From Desulfobacterales bacterium (GTDB lineage: Bacteria; Desulfobacterota; Desulfobacteria; Desulfobacterales; JAAELO01), in assembly GCA_024226555.1 (NCBI GenBank), contig JAAELO010000822.1:62866-126865 (forward strand): a stretch of DNA of 64,000 bases. The letters run 5' to 3'. The position numbers and the translations under genes were made by a program. Shown here piece after piece: positions 8,409-18,285 of the stretch. The stretch's first letter is position 1. Each line of letters starts with the position of its first letter. A model generated the notes under the pieces. That model saw only the letters and a list, made by a program, of their open reading frames with translations, did not search any database and was not told the origin of the DNA.

Positions 8409-11400
8409 CTAAATACTCATTGATAATTTTTTTAGAATTTGCAAAGCTTCTTCATAATCATAATTTATTAATTTCTCTTCAAGTTCGTATATAACAGAAC
8501 TTCTAACTAATCTTTTTGTTGCTTTTAGATTATTAGAGATATCAATTGGGTTCGCTTTTTCTATAGCGTGCTCGAGTTTATTGAATACTGTCATTATTTG
8601 TTCAGAGTTCTCACCATTATTAGTTTCAAATTCGGGATTAGCTGATACATATGAAACATTTGAAATAGATTCCAGTACGATGTTAATTTCATCTATGGTT
8701 TTATTAATATGACTGGATATATTATCAATTTTAGCTTCTTTATTCTCCATAAGTTGTTTACTGCTTTTTTCCAATTTAGCAGCAGCTTTCTGTACTTTAT
8801 AAGCACCAATATTCCCACCACTGCCTTTCATATTATGAGAAAGTCTGTTCAGGGTTTTCCAGTCTTTATCTTCAAATACAGTTCTCATTTTTTTCGGTAT
8901 ATCTATACTGTTTTTAAAAAATATCTGTAAAATTTTCTTATAAAATGATTCTTCAATATCAAGAGATTTAAGTGTGTTTGATATTTTTAGGCCAGGGAGA
9001 GTTTCAGGTAAAGTGCTCTCATTATTTTTAACTTCAACAATAGTTTTTTCCTTTACTACCTCATTAACCTGTTTTTTAATTCCGGATTTCACAAACTCCC
9101 ATAAAGTTCTAAGCAGTATTTCCTGATCAATTGGTTTTGAAATATAACCATCCATACCTGCATCAAGGCATTTTTCTTTATCACCAACAATGGCATGAGC
9201 CGTCATAGCGATTATTGGCAAGGAAGTTAATTTAAGTTCATTACGAATCATTCTTGTTGCTTCATAACCATCCATTTCCGGCATTTGGATATCCATAAGA
9301 ACAGCATCAAATAATTCTTTTTGAACTGCTTCAACACCCTCTCTTCCATTATTAACAATTGTAAGATTAACACCAGCTTTATCTTCTAAAACTGCTTTAG
9401 CAATAAATTGATTTGTTTCATTATCTTCTACAAGAAGAATATCCAGGTTTTTTAGACGTTCACGATAATATTGTACATTTTCAATTTTTGGTGTTTTTTT
9501 AATAATAGTTTCTTTACCAAAAACATTCATAATAGTATTAAAAAGAGAAGATGTTTTTATTGGCTTGTACAATATTTCATTTATACCGGCCTTATATACC
9601 TCATTTTCTGTTATAATACTTCCATATGCAGTCATCATAATAATTGGAATATCAGATTTAAATTTCAATCTTACAAGTCTTGATATCTCAATTCCATCTT
9701 TTTCGGGCATCCTCCAGTCAGTGATTATCAAATCAAATTGATGCCTTTTAATTCCTTCCTTTAGTAATTCCGCTGCTTCTATTCCAGATGAAGCCTCTTT
9801 GGTTTTATATCCAAATGACTCTAATTTTTTTCTAACTATTTTTCGACTTTCAATGGAATCATCAATAACAAGAACTTTTAATGCTGAAATATCAACTGGA
9901 AACTCATATTTTTTTTCTTTCTCTTTTGACTGTTTATCCAGAGTAACAGTAAAGTAGAAAGAGCTTCCTTCATTTAGTATACTTTCAACCCAGAGTTTAC
10001 CATTCATGTTTTCAACAAGTTGTTTACTTATTGAAAGACCTAATCCTGTGCCCCCAAATTTTCTGGTTGTTGAAGCATCAGCCTGGGAAAAAGAGTCGAA
10101 AAGTTTATCCATGAATGCAGGTTTCATTCCAATTCCGTTATCTCTTATCTCAAACTTAAGTGCTATTTTTTCGTCAATATCATCTATGGATGTTATTGTA
10201 AGATTTATTGCTCCACCATCTTCAGTAAATTTAATAGCATTACTCATAAGATTATTTGTGATCTGTTGTATTCTTAATGAATCACCAATTAGTGCCATTT
10301 GTATATTTGGATCAATATCCACAAGGAATTCAATCTGTTTCTCCCTTATTTTTGGAGAAAACATATTAACAACATTATCTATCATCTCTTCAAGATCAAA
10401 AGCTTTATGTTCAATTTCAAGTTTTCCAGCTTCAATTTTTGAAAAATCAAGAATATCATTTATTATTCCAAGTAAAGTTGTGCCGGAATTCTGCACAATT
10501 TTTAAAAAATGTTTGGTTTTTGGTGTTATATCTTCATTAAGCGCTAATTCAGAAGCAGTAATGATTCCATTCATAGGAGTTCTGATTTCATGACTCATAT
10601 TAGCTAAAAATTCACTCTTAGCTTTAGTTGCTGCTTCAAGTTGAGCAGTTCGCTCTATTACTCTTTTTTCAACATCCATGTAGATCAAACTGTTTTTAAT
10701 TGGTGAGATTGCCTGCTGAACAAGAAGTTTTGCAAGATCAAGTTCATGTGGTTTATATGGAAGTCCAGTTGCTTTATCACCAAAAAAACAGATCGCCAAG
10801 ACTGTTTCTGATACACCAATAGGAAAACACAGAGTCATTTTCAACTCTGTAAGCAAACGTGAAAAAATCTCGGGTTTATTATCATTTTTCTCAAGCACTT
10901 TCTGCTCAAATAACCATTTTAATTTATCCTTTTTAACTTTGAATGTTTCTAAAATTGATGATGAAGTTACTCCGATACAATCTACTAAATGAAATTTCTC
11001 TTTATTACTGTTATGAATATAAATAGCAGCAGATTCTGCGGTTAAATATCCTGTAACGGATAGAATTAGTCTCGAAGCAACATCTTTTGGGTTTAAAGAT
11101 GCTGATAATGATTGGTTAACTTCTTCTACAGCTTTTAGTTCAAAGATAGTTTTTTCAAGTATTTTCTTATTATCCTGTTTTACTTCGAGCATCAATATAT
11201 TGTTAATTGCAATACATGCATGACCTGTTATTAACTGTAAAAAAGCAACATCCTCTACACTATATTCCAATCCTGTAATTTTAGGGCTACATGAAAGAAG
11301 TCCAAAAATTTTTGATTGATAAAACATGGGAATCAGCAGACAACAATTCAGCGCTTCCTTGATTTCATAATCCCATTTTAAACCATTTAAAACATCATCA

Positions 11401-11714
11401 TTTACATATAGAAATTTATCTTCATTCATTTCATCAAGATAAATACCAGGTATATTTATAGTTTTACTCTTTAAAACAGACTCAGTTCCTCTTACCGAGA
11501 TGATCTGAAAATTTTGTTCATTGTTTTTTTGAACAAGAAGTATCGCTGTAACATCAATTCCTTTTTGCCCCATAGATGTACGCATAATTGTATCGTATAC
11601 ATTGTCTGAAGTTCTGCAGGCAGAAAGAGATTGTGCAAATTCATTAATGGTCTCCAATGAATGAGTCTTTTTTGCCAGATCCTTTTCTAATTTTTTGGCT
11701 TTTTCATTATTCAT
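8409..11714 (-). CDS. Hybrid sensor histidine kinase (GAF-like x2, HisKA, HATPase, two receivers, Hpt)
   Basis: H-box FLANMSHEIRTPMNGI; GGTGLGLSISKQLVENMNG; receivers VLVIDD...ITDWRMPEKDG and ILLVEDN...LMDIQMPEMDG; Hpt HNMKGSGGNIG. Confidence 0.9.
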   Translation of the reverse strand: MNNEKAKKLEKDLAKKTHSLETINEFAQSLSACRTSDNVYDTIMRTSMGQKGIDVTAILLVQKNNEQNFQIISVRGTESVLKSKTINIPGIYLDEMNEDKFLYVNDDVLNGLKWDYEIKEALNCCLLIPMFYQSKIFGLLSCSPKITGLEYSVEDVAFLQLITGHACIAINNILMLEVKQDNKKILEKTIFELKAVEEVNQSLSASLNPKDVASRLILSVTGYLTAESAAIYIHNSNKEKFHLVDCIGVTSSSILETFKVKKDKLKWLFEQKVLEKNDNKPEIFSRLLTELKMTLCFPIGVSETVLAICFFGDKATGLPYKPHELDLAKLLVQQAISPIKNSLIYMDVEKRVIERTAQLEAATKAKSEFLANMSHEIRTPMNGIITASELALNEDITPKTKHFLKIVQNSGTTLLGIINDILDFSKIEAGKLEIEHKAFDLEEMIDNVVNMFSPKIREKQIEFLVDIDPNIQMALIGDSLRIQQITNNLMSNAIKFTEDGGAINLTITSIDDIDEKIALKFEIRDNGIGMKPAFMDKLFDSFSQADASTTRKFGGTGLGLSISKQLVENMNGKLWVESILNEGSSFYFTVTLDKQSKEKEKKYEFPVDISALKVLVIDDSIESRKIVRKKLESFGYKTKEASSGIEAAELLKEGIKRHQFDLIITDWRMPEKDGIEISRLVRLKFKSDIPIIMMTAYGSIITENEVYKAGINEILYKPIKTSSLFNTIMNVFGKETIIKKTPKIENVQYYRERLKNLDILLVEDNETNQFIAKAVLEDKAGVNLTIVNNGREGVEAVQKELFDAVLMDIQMPEMDGYEATRMIRNELKLTSLPIIAMTAHAIVGDKEKCLDAGMDGYISKPIDQEILLRTLWEFVKSGIKKQVNEVVKEKTIVEVKNNESTLPETLPGLKISNTLKSLDIEESFYKKILQIFFKNSIDIPKKMRTVFEDKDWKTLNRLSHNMKGSGGNIGAYKVQKAAAKLEKSSKQLMENKEAKIDNISSHINKTIDEINIVLESISNVSYVSANPEFETNNGENSEQIMTVFNKLEHAIEKANPIDISNNLKATKRLVRSSVIYELEEKLINYDYEEALQILKKLSMSI

Positions 11715-11743
11715 TACTACATAATCCAGTTCAATTTTTATAA

Positions 11744-12091
11744 TTATGAACTAAAGCATTTAAAAGCCTCGTCGAAATCAGTAAAGAATTTAAAGAAATC
11801 TTCCATATCAAGAAGATCAAAAACACGTTTCACTTTACGCGATATATTATAAAAGTATATATCACCGTCTTTCGACCTGATTGGTTTAATAACTCCAATA
11901 AAGCAACCAATACCAGCACTACTAATATAAGTTAGCTCTGATACATCCATAATAATATATGGTTTCTGGCCCTCAGAAAGTGGTTTTAAAATAGCATCAA
12001 GAGATAGTGCGGTATCCGCATTTAAAATGCCATCAAGTTTAATTATATCTATTAAATCTTTTTTTTCATGATTAATGCTTAGTGTTTTCAT
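11744..12091 (-). CDS. STAS-domain anti-sigma-factor antagonist (RsbV/SpoIIAA-like)
   Basis: 115 aa, with ...IIMDVSELTYISSAGIGCFIG... carrying the conserved phosphorylatable Ser context. Confidence 0.85.
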   Translation of the reverse strand: MKTLSINHEKKDLIDIIKLDGILNADTALSLDAILKPLSEGQKPYIIMDVSELTYISSAGIGCFIGVIKPIRSKDGDIYFYNISRKVKRVFDLLDMEDFFKFFTDFDEAFKCFSS

Positions 12092-12122
12092 TTAGCTACC
12101 TTTTTAAATGAATGTTTATACC

Positions 12123-12668
12123 TTATTTTTTAACACTTATTTTTCCGTATTTTACCATGGTAAGACAATTATGAAGACCTGGTACAACCGTATATTCAAC
12201 CTCATCCATTATTTTTTTAATGATATGAACACCAAGACCTCCTCTTGAAAGAGTGCTTAAGTATGCTTCCTTATCAACAATTGATAACTCATCAGGATTA
12301 AACGTTTGTCCTTTTTCTCCTTTATCAATTATTGTTATGGTAACTTTATCAGGTTCTAATGTAAATTTCACAATTATAACACCTGAGATATTCTCATGAT
12401 ACGAATGTACAATAATATTTGTACAGGCTTCATCCATAGCGAGACCTATATCATCAAGATCGTCTTCATCAAATGCTGGTAAAGTTGATATAACTCTTGA
12501 AGAGACCAACCTGATCAATTCAAGTTGTGAAGTATGACTGGGAAATGTAAATTTCAATGTTTCAATTTTATCAACCTTAATTTTGTCAAGGTTCACCTGG
12601 GATAAGCCCAGTTGTTCCCCTTCATCTTTCATAAAGGTCATTAATTCTTCAAGTTCTTTTTTGAGCAT
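12123..12668 (-). CDS. Anti-sigma regulatory factor, Ser/Thr protein kinase (RsbW/SpoIIAB-like)
   Basis: HATPase-type motifs DEACTNIIVHSY and GGLGVHIIKKIMDEVEY. Confidence 0.8.
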   Translation of the reverse strand: MLKKELEELMTFMKDEGEQLGLSQVNLDKIKVDKIETLKFTFPSHTSQLELIRLVSSRVISTLPAFDEDDLDDIGLAMDEACTNIIVHSYHENISGVIIVKFTLEPDKVTITIIDKGEKGQTFNPDELSIVDKEAYLSTLSRGGLGVHIIKKIMDEVEYTVVPGLHNCLTMVKYGKISVKK

Positions 12669-12687
12669 TTTTTTCTCCCTATAAAAA

Positions 12688-14151
12688 CTATACTTTTTTG
12701 AGAACGATCATTGTAATATCATCTGCCTGTTCAGCATCTCCTTTAAAAGCTATAAGTTCCTGAAATATCATTTTTTGTATAAAATTTGCTGACTTTGATC
12801 TTAATTTCAGCGTTAATTCATAAAGGCCTTTTTCTCCTAACATTTCACCTTTATCATTTTCAATATCTGTCAATCCATCAGTATAGCAGAGCAGAACATC
12901 GCCCTTTTCCATTTTATAAACACCCATTTCGATTCTTTCATCAAACAAATCAGCATGCATCTCACTAAATGGATAACCATGTTCTTTCAGAAGTGTATAA
13001 TTATTTTCAACAGCTTTTACTAATACTATAGGTTCATGACCCGCACTAATATATGAGATTGTGTTATCCTGAGTATCAAGAAGGACAAAGCTCATTGTAA
13101 GAAAATTGTTCGATTGAAACTCTCTCTTAAGACTTTTATTTAGTGAACATAATAATTCAATTGGATCTTTGATATGTTTTGATTTATCCCTAAGCAGAAC
13201 ACGGGCAATATTAGCATACATAGATGCTGAAACACCTTTACCTGATACATCACCCACAACAAGTGCCGTCCTGTTATCATCAACTTTAACAAAATCATAA
13301 AAATCGCCGCTCATTTCCCTGGCTGGATGGAGCATTGCAGCAAGTTCAAACTCTTTTAGTGTTGTGGGTGGCGGAGGTGAAAAAGACTCCTGGACAATAG
13401 CAGCTGCATTGAGTTCACCTTCGATTCTGGCCCTTTTTTCAATATCCTTTGCTGATTTCTGCAACGAACCTATCATTGTATTAATCGCTATAACAACCTG
13501 ATCAAGTTCATCATTTTTTTCTATTTTATTTTTACGCTTTAAAACCAACTCTTTATCAAGACTGAAAAAGTCTAACTCTCTGGCAAATTCTGCCATTGTG
13601 GAAAGATGCCGCGTTATTAAATAATGAATCATAAAGAGAATGAAAGCTGATACAATAAAAGTTTTTATGAACTGACTTTGGATAATTATAAACACACGTT
13701 CATTTAGTCTTTGGTAAATATATTCAAGACTTGCAACAACTTTTAATTTGCCAATATCTATTTTATTGCCATCAAGAACATATAAAAGAGGAAATTCGTG
13801 CGATAATGACCTTTCTTCTATCTCTTTTCCTTTTTTAGCAACAATTTCGCCTTTGTTTGTAACTTCAATATATGCTATTCCAGGCAGTTTAGAGATTCCC
13901 TCAAGAAGAAATTCAACCTGCTGTTGTTCCATATTCCAAACACTATATGATATCGACTGTATATAGCTAAGTCCTATTTGTGTCATTTGCACATTAACTT
14001 TTTCAACATCCTTTTCAAAGTCCAGATATAACTGAAACACCGTTGCTAAAAGAGTTATCAACGAACTGAACAGAAGAATATTAAATAGAAGTCGAATCGT
14101 TAGCGGATTCTTTTTTCTGAAGCTTATAGGATTTGACAAACTTTTAACCAT
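12688..14151 (-). CDS. Membrane sensor-HAMP-PP2C (SpoIIE/RsbU-type) phosphatase
   Basis: Two TM segments flank an about 130-aa outside domain. HAMP-like linker, then PP2C motifs SGDFYDF, VVGDVSGKGVSASM, SAGHEP and TDGLTD. Confidence 0.85.
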   Translation of the reverse strand: MVKSLSNPISFRKKNPLTIRLLFNILLFSSLITLLATVFQLYLDFEKDVEKVNVQMTQIGLSYIQSISYSVWNMEQQQVEFLLEGISKLPGIAYIEVTNKGEIVAKKGKEIEERSLSHEFPLLYVLDGNKIDIGKLKVVASLEYIYQRLNERVFIIIQSQFIKTFIVSAFILFMIHYLITRHLSTMAEFARELDFFSLDKELVLKRKNKIEKNDELDQVVIAINTMIGSLQKSAKDIEKRARIEGELNAAAIVQESFSPPPPTTLKEFELAAMLHPAREMSGDFYDFVKVDDNRTALVVGDVSGKGVSASMYANIARVLLRDKSKHIKDPIELLCSLNKSLKREFQSNNFLTMSFVLLDTQDNTISYISAGHEPIVLVKAVENNYTLLKEHGYPFSEMHADLFDERIEMGVYKMEKGDVLLCYTDGLTDIENDKGEMLGEKGLYELTLKLRSKSANFIQKMIFQELIAFKGDAEQADDITMIVLKKV

Positions 14152-14350
14152 TTATGATCCTGTCCCAGATTAACCAAAAAGATAAATAAAAGGTACAAAT
14201 TAAATAGGCGATAAGGTCAGTTAATATTTTTAAAATTTAAGGCTAAGATATGATAATTATTATCTATAATTATCATGTTTTGGCTTAAGGTGTCAATTAA
14301 CTTATCGATATGAAGATTTGTAAAAAACCATATATTAAAAACTGTTTATT

Positions 14351-14387
14351 TGACATATATGTCATTATTATAATATAATAATGACAT
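14351..14387. promoter_or_regulatory. Operator-like overlapping palindromes (three TGACAT/ATGTCA half-sites)
   Basis: TGACATATATGTCA (14351-14364) is a perfect 14-mer palindrome. ATGTCATTATTATA-A-TATAATAATGACAT (14359-14387) has perfect 14-bp arms. The site is 58-94 bp upstream of the L-serine dehydratase start. Confidence 0.4.
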
Positions 14388-14444
14388 TATAATAAATATA
14401 AACAATGTTTATTGATTTTTACATAATATATGGTGTCATAGCAA

Positions 14445-15626
14445 ATGAAATCCTTAAAAGAACTATTTAGAGTTGGGGCAGGTCCATCAAGCAGTCATAC
14501 TATGGGTCCTAAAAGAGCAGCAGAAAGATTCATAAAAGAAAACCCGGAAGCTGATATAATTGAAGTCACACTTTATGGTAGCCTTTCTGCAACTGGTAAG
14601 GGACATCTTACAGATGCAGTTTTAAAAGAGGTTATTAAAGATAAACTTAAACTTGTATGGAGTGATAAAGAACTTCCAGAACATCCAAATGGTATGGTTT
14701 TTAAAGCTCTTGGTGGAATAAATAATTCCTTATGGACTGTGTATAGTGTAGGCGGCGGTGCCCTATCTGACGAAACAAAAGAAAAAGAGATCTACAACTT
14801 ACAATCTATGACCGAAATCATGAAATATTGTATAGATCGTAAGATCTCTTTCTGGGATTATGTTGTTAAAAGCGAAGGCGATGAAATTGTTGAATTTCTA
14901 AAAAATATCTGGGCTGTAATGAAAAGTTCCCTCGAAAATGGATTAAAAAAGGAGGGGCATCTTCCTGGTGTTTTAGGACTCAAAAGAAAAGCTCTGGAAG
15001 TTTTTAACTACTATAAACGCTCAAGAAGTTTTTCCGGAACTGGAAGAATTTCAGCATATGCTCTTTCTGTTTCAGAGGAAAATGCCTCAGGTGGGATTAT
15101 TGTTACTGCTCCAACATGTGGATCATGTGGAATTGTCCCGGCAGTTCTAAAATATTCTCAGGAAAAAACCGGTTGCAGTGATGATGATGTCATAAAAGCA
15201 CTTGGAACAGCTGGACTTTTTGGTAATATTGTTAAACATAATGCATCAATTTCAGGTGCTGAAGCAGGTTGTCAGGCTGAAGTTGGAACTGCATGTGCCA
15301 TGGCAGCAGCAGCTTGTACTCAGATATTTGGCGGAACTCTAATGCAGATTGAGTATGCTGCGGAAATTGGTATGGAGCATCATCTTGGTTTAACTTGTGA
15401 TCCCGTTGCTGGTATGGTTCAAATTCCATGCATTGAAAGAAATGCTGCAGCTGCATCAAAAGCTTTATCTTCTTCCGATTTTGCATTGTCATCAAATGGA
15501 TCTCACCTAATAACCTTTGATGAAGTTGTTGAAGTTATGAGAAAAACAGGTGAAGACATGCACCATGCATATCGGGAAACTTCAATAGGTGGTCTTGCAG
15601 AAATATGGAATAAAAAAATAGCTTAA
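14445..15626 (+). CDS. sdaA: L-serine dehydratase (iron-sulfur dependent L-serine ammonia-lyase)
   Basis: N-terminus LFRVGAGPSSSHTMGP, plus the TAPTCGSCGIVPAV and GAEAGCQAEVGTACAMAAA cysteine motifs of the family. Confidence 0.85.
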   Translation: MKSLKELFRVGAGPSSSHTMGPKRAAERFIKENPEADIIEVTLYGSLSATGKGHLTDAVLKEVIKDKLKLVWSDKELPEHPNGMVFKALGGINNSLWTVYSVGGGALSDETKEKEIYNLQSMTEIMKYCIDRKISFWDYVVKSEGDEIVEFLKNIWAVMKSSLENGLKKEGHLPGVLGLKRKALEVFNYYKRSRSFSGTGRISAYALSVSEENASGGIIVTAPTCGSCGIVPAVLKYSQEKTGCSDDDVIKALGTAGLFGNIVKHNASISGAEAGCQAEVGTACAMAAAACTQIFGGTLMQIEYAAEIGMEHHLGLTCDPVAGMVQIPCIERNAAAASKALSSSDFALSSNGSHLITFDEVVEVMRKTGEDMHHAYRETSIGGLAEIWNKKIA

Positions 15627-15640
15627 AATAACTAATTTAA

Positions 15641-15767
15641 GGGAACCTCTAACAATTAATATTTTGATAAAATACAAGGCATTTCTGAAAATAACGAGCC
15701 GATTTTATTACAGTTTTTTTTAGAAATAACACAATATTTTTCAAAAGAGGAGTTATTAGAGATTCCC
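15641..15767 (+). mobile_element. MITE copy, intact short type (127 bp)
   Basis: TIRs GGGAACCTCTAACAATTA / GAGTTATTAGAGATTCCC. Flanked by TTAA at 15637-15640 and 15768-15771. Starts 15 nt after the sdaA stop. Confidence 0.85.
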
Positions 15768-15922
15768 TTAATGTATTAGAAGCTATTTCAATAAAATACT
15801 CCCTCGATAAGCCATCTAAAAAATACTAAATCAAAGCTTTTTGTAAAATTTACCAAAATTTTATGATGGCACTTCGTGTCTATTAAAGCAAAAAAATCAT
15901 AACTAAATATCTTGTTAATTCA

Positions 15923-15940
15923 AGGAAACCTCTAATAACT
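15923..15940 (+). repeat. Solo MITE left-TIR fragment
   Basis: AGGAAACCTCTAATAACT with no partner end. Confidence 0.4.
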
Positions 15941-16001
15941 CTCTATAATAGATTAACGTTTTAAAATTTAGACTGTTTATTTGTATTTAAAAATTGTATA
16001 T

Positions 16002-16018
16002 AGAGAACCTCTAAGATA
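16002..16018 (+). repeat. Solo TIR-like fragment
   Basis: AGAGAACCTCTAAGATA, 19 nt upstream of the 16037 start codon. Confidence 0.3.
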
Positions 16019-16036
16019 CAAATATTTCATAGTGAA

Positions 16037-17008
16037 ATGAATATATCAAAAATTTTGATAGGAAATTTAATGCTCAAACTAATATCGGTTGGTCTTCTTT
16101 CTGCTCTTTTTTTTAGTACAACATTCATTCTTAACAGATATATGAGCCTGGAAGGTGGCCATTGGGTCTGGTCTGCTACTCTAAGATATGCCTACATGAT
16201 TATGTTTCTTATAATCTGGATTTCGATAACAAAAGGGTTTAAGGAGATCGTAAATATATTTAAACTATTTTTCCACAATTGGACTTTTTGGACAATTACC
16301 GGAAGTATTGGTTTTGGCTTATTCTACTCTCTTTGCTGCTTTAGTGCAGACTATTCATCAGGCTGGGTTATAGCTACAACATGGCAATTAACCATAATTA
16401 TGAGTCTTTTTGTTTTGATGTTTTTTGGAAGAAAATTTCCAAAGAGAGTCTGGGTCTTTTCTTTGATAATATTTTCCGGTGTAATTATGGTAAATTTGAG
16501 TGAATTTGATACTTCTAATATAAAACACCTTCTTTTAGGTGCTCTTCCCGTTATGTTAGCAACTCTTTGTTATCCTGTTGGAAATCAACTGGTCTGGGAG
16601 GCTCAAAATGGAAATAAGAAACTACCAAAATTAAATAACCCTTTAATTCAAAATCCATTCAACAAAGTACTTTTAATGTCTCTTGGATCTGTTCCATTCT
16701 GGATATTATTACTAATAGTTACAACTCCCTCAGTCCCTTCCACTGGCCAAATTATAAACACAGCAATAGTTGCTCTCTTTTCGGGAGTTATTGCTACCAG
16801 TTTATTTTTATATGCACGTGGAAAAGCTAAGGATGCAACTGAATTAGCTGCAGTTGATTCAACTCAGTCAAGTGAAGTAATATTTGCTATGCTCGGGGAA
16901 ATGATTCTGTTAAACAGTTCAATCCCAAATTCTAATGCATTAATAGGAATAATTATTGTTTTTGCAGGATTATTACTATTTCTATTTGCAAAAAAAAATA
17001 ATTTATAA
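16037..17008 (+). CDS. Polytopic membrane protein, DMT/EmrE-like putative efflux transporter family
   Basis: About 10 predicted hydrophobic helices and no soluble domain. Family assignment is by overall resemblance only. Confidence 0.55.
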   Translation: MNISKILIGNLMLKLISVGLLSALFFSTTFILNRYMSLEGGHWVWSATLRYAYMIMFLIIWISITKGFKEIVNIFKLFFHNWTFWTITGSIGFGLFYSLCCFSADYSSGWVIATTWQLTIIMSLFVLMFFGRKFPKRVWVFSLIIFSGVIMVNLSEFDTSNIKHLLLGALPVMLATLCYPVGNQLVWEAQNGNKKLPKLNNPLIQNPFNKVLLMSLGSVPFWILLLIVTTPSVPSTGQIINTAIVALFSGVIATSLFLYARGKAKDATELAAVDSTQSSEVIFAMLGEMILLNSSIPNSNALIGIIIVFAGLLLFLFAKKNNL

Positions 17009-17755
17009 AAAACTATTATCCTTCAACCAATCAATGGTTGAATCCACTTCAAAAGTTTCTAAAGTATTAACTGCATCCGGGCAATGCTCTTCCAAAAGAG
17101 TTAAAACAAATTTCATATTAATTGTACCATTATAAAAACCAAGGTGATCATCAGAATCCCCATAGTTATTGTGGATATGAGTATATCCTACACAACTGTT
17201 TAATCCAGTTAACCAGTCCTTTATAAAAATTGAAGAGTAAGAGTTAACATGACCTATATCGAGACAAATGCTAAAAAGTTTATTATCTATGGATTTAACT
17301 AACTCTCTGAGCAGATCAAAATTATTCTCATAAACATTTTCCACATGAACTTTTATACCATCATCTTTCCCATGCAAAAATTCATTCCAGAAGCTTATTG
17401 AATTTTTGATCCATTTATCTGGAGGACATGTTTTTGGAGCATATCCGGAATGAAGAACAATGTGCTTTGCATCAAGTTCTTTCGCAACATCATATATCTG
17501 ATTAAATCTTTCCAGTGTTACTGTTCTAATTTTGTTATCCCTGCTTGCAGGTATCAGGTCATAAAAAGGTCCGTGCAAAGATATATCAGAAAAACCCTTA
17601 AGTTTCTTCTTAATCATATTTATTTCATCAGGTAAATTTTGTTTATCAAGCATTTCACCTGTTTCAAAATGTTGAATTTCAAACCCCAAATCATATTTTT
17701 TAGAATATGCAAGGGCTTGATCGAATCCACCCATATCAGAAATGTTAAATTTCAT
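17003..17755 (-). CDS. Sugar phosphate isomerase/epimerase (xylose-isomerase-like TIM barrel)
   Basis: HGPFYDL, IVLHSGY, HVENVYE and CLDIGHVN metal-ligand pattern. Confidence 0.75.
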   Translation of the reverse strand: MKFNISDMGGFDQALAYSKKYDLGFEIQHFETGEMLDKQNLPDEINMIKKKLKGFSDISLHGPFYDLIPASRDNKIRTVTLERFNQIYDVAKELDAKHIVLHSGYAPKTCPPDKWIKNSISFWNEFLHGKDDGIKVHVENVYENNFDLLRELVKSIDNKLFSICLDIGHVNSYSSIFIKDWLTGLNSCVGYTHIHNNYGDSDDHLGFYNGTINMKFVLTLLEEHCPDAVNTLETFEVDSTIDWLKDNSFL

Positions 17756-17763
17756 AAGAAATT

Positions 17764-18252
17764 CTACTTTTCATTAATTTGTTTTATTTCATCCCAAATA
17801 TCTTCACACAGATTTTCCCTATATACAGATTCTGTGAATATATTGTGTTCTTTTTTATACATTGAAAATAGTCCATTATTATTATTAGATAAGCATGATC
17901 TCATATTTGCAAGCCTGTCAGCGGCCTTTACAATTAGAGCTATTTCATTTTGTCCTTCAACATCTGCCATTTTTGCATATGTTTTTGCCTTACGTTCTTT
18001 TCTGTTTTTACCGGGCTCGTCAGTTAAAATATCAACACAATCTGCTATTAATTTACCAAACTCTTCTTCAACCTCTTCTATAGTAATTGATGTATCTTCA
18101 ACAACATCATGCAAAAATGCTATGACTGTTGCAATTTCGCCATAATCTCTGGCTATTTCAGATACTGCATCAAGGTGAGCGGAGTATGGTTTGTCACCAT
18201 ATTTTTGGTTTCCATGTGATAATATAGCAAATTTTCGTGCTTTATCTATCAT
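17764..18252 (-). CDS. HD-domain phosphohydrolase (SpoT/Mesh1-like small alarmone hydrolase candidate)
   Basis: HGNQKYGDKPYSAHLDAV...FLHDVVEDT...KAADRLANM. Confidence 0.7.
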   Translation of the reverse strand: MIDKARKFAILSHGNQKYGDKPYSAHLDAVSEIARDYGEIATVIAFLHDVVEDTSITIEEVEEEFGKLIADCVDILTDEPGKNRKERKAKTYAKMADVEGQNEIALIVKAADRLANMRSCLSNNNNGLFSMYKKEHNIFTESVYRENLCEDIWDEIKQINEK

Positions 18253-18285
18253 ATCTCCTTTTTCAAATATGTACAGTATCAGATT

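Noticed and set aside
10006-10593. Long antisense ORFs inside the large kinase and FapA genes (10006-10593, 43322-43975, 39229-39612, 17639-18145, 24662-24934 and similar)
   Set aside because: They lie entirely within, and opposite to, genes with strong domain evidence. Their translations are low-complexity S/I/F/L-rich mirror products of K/E/N-rich codons. There is no RBS or domain signal.
15866-15883. Sigma-54-like TGGCAC-N5 element (tggcacttcgtgtcta) upstream of the transporter gene
   Set aside because: The -12 element (TTGC/TGCA) is missing. Only the -24 GG half matches.
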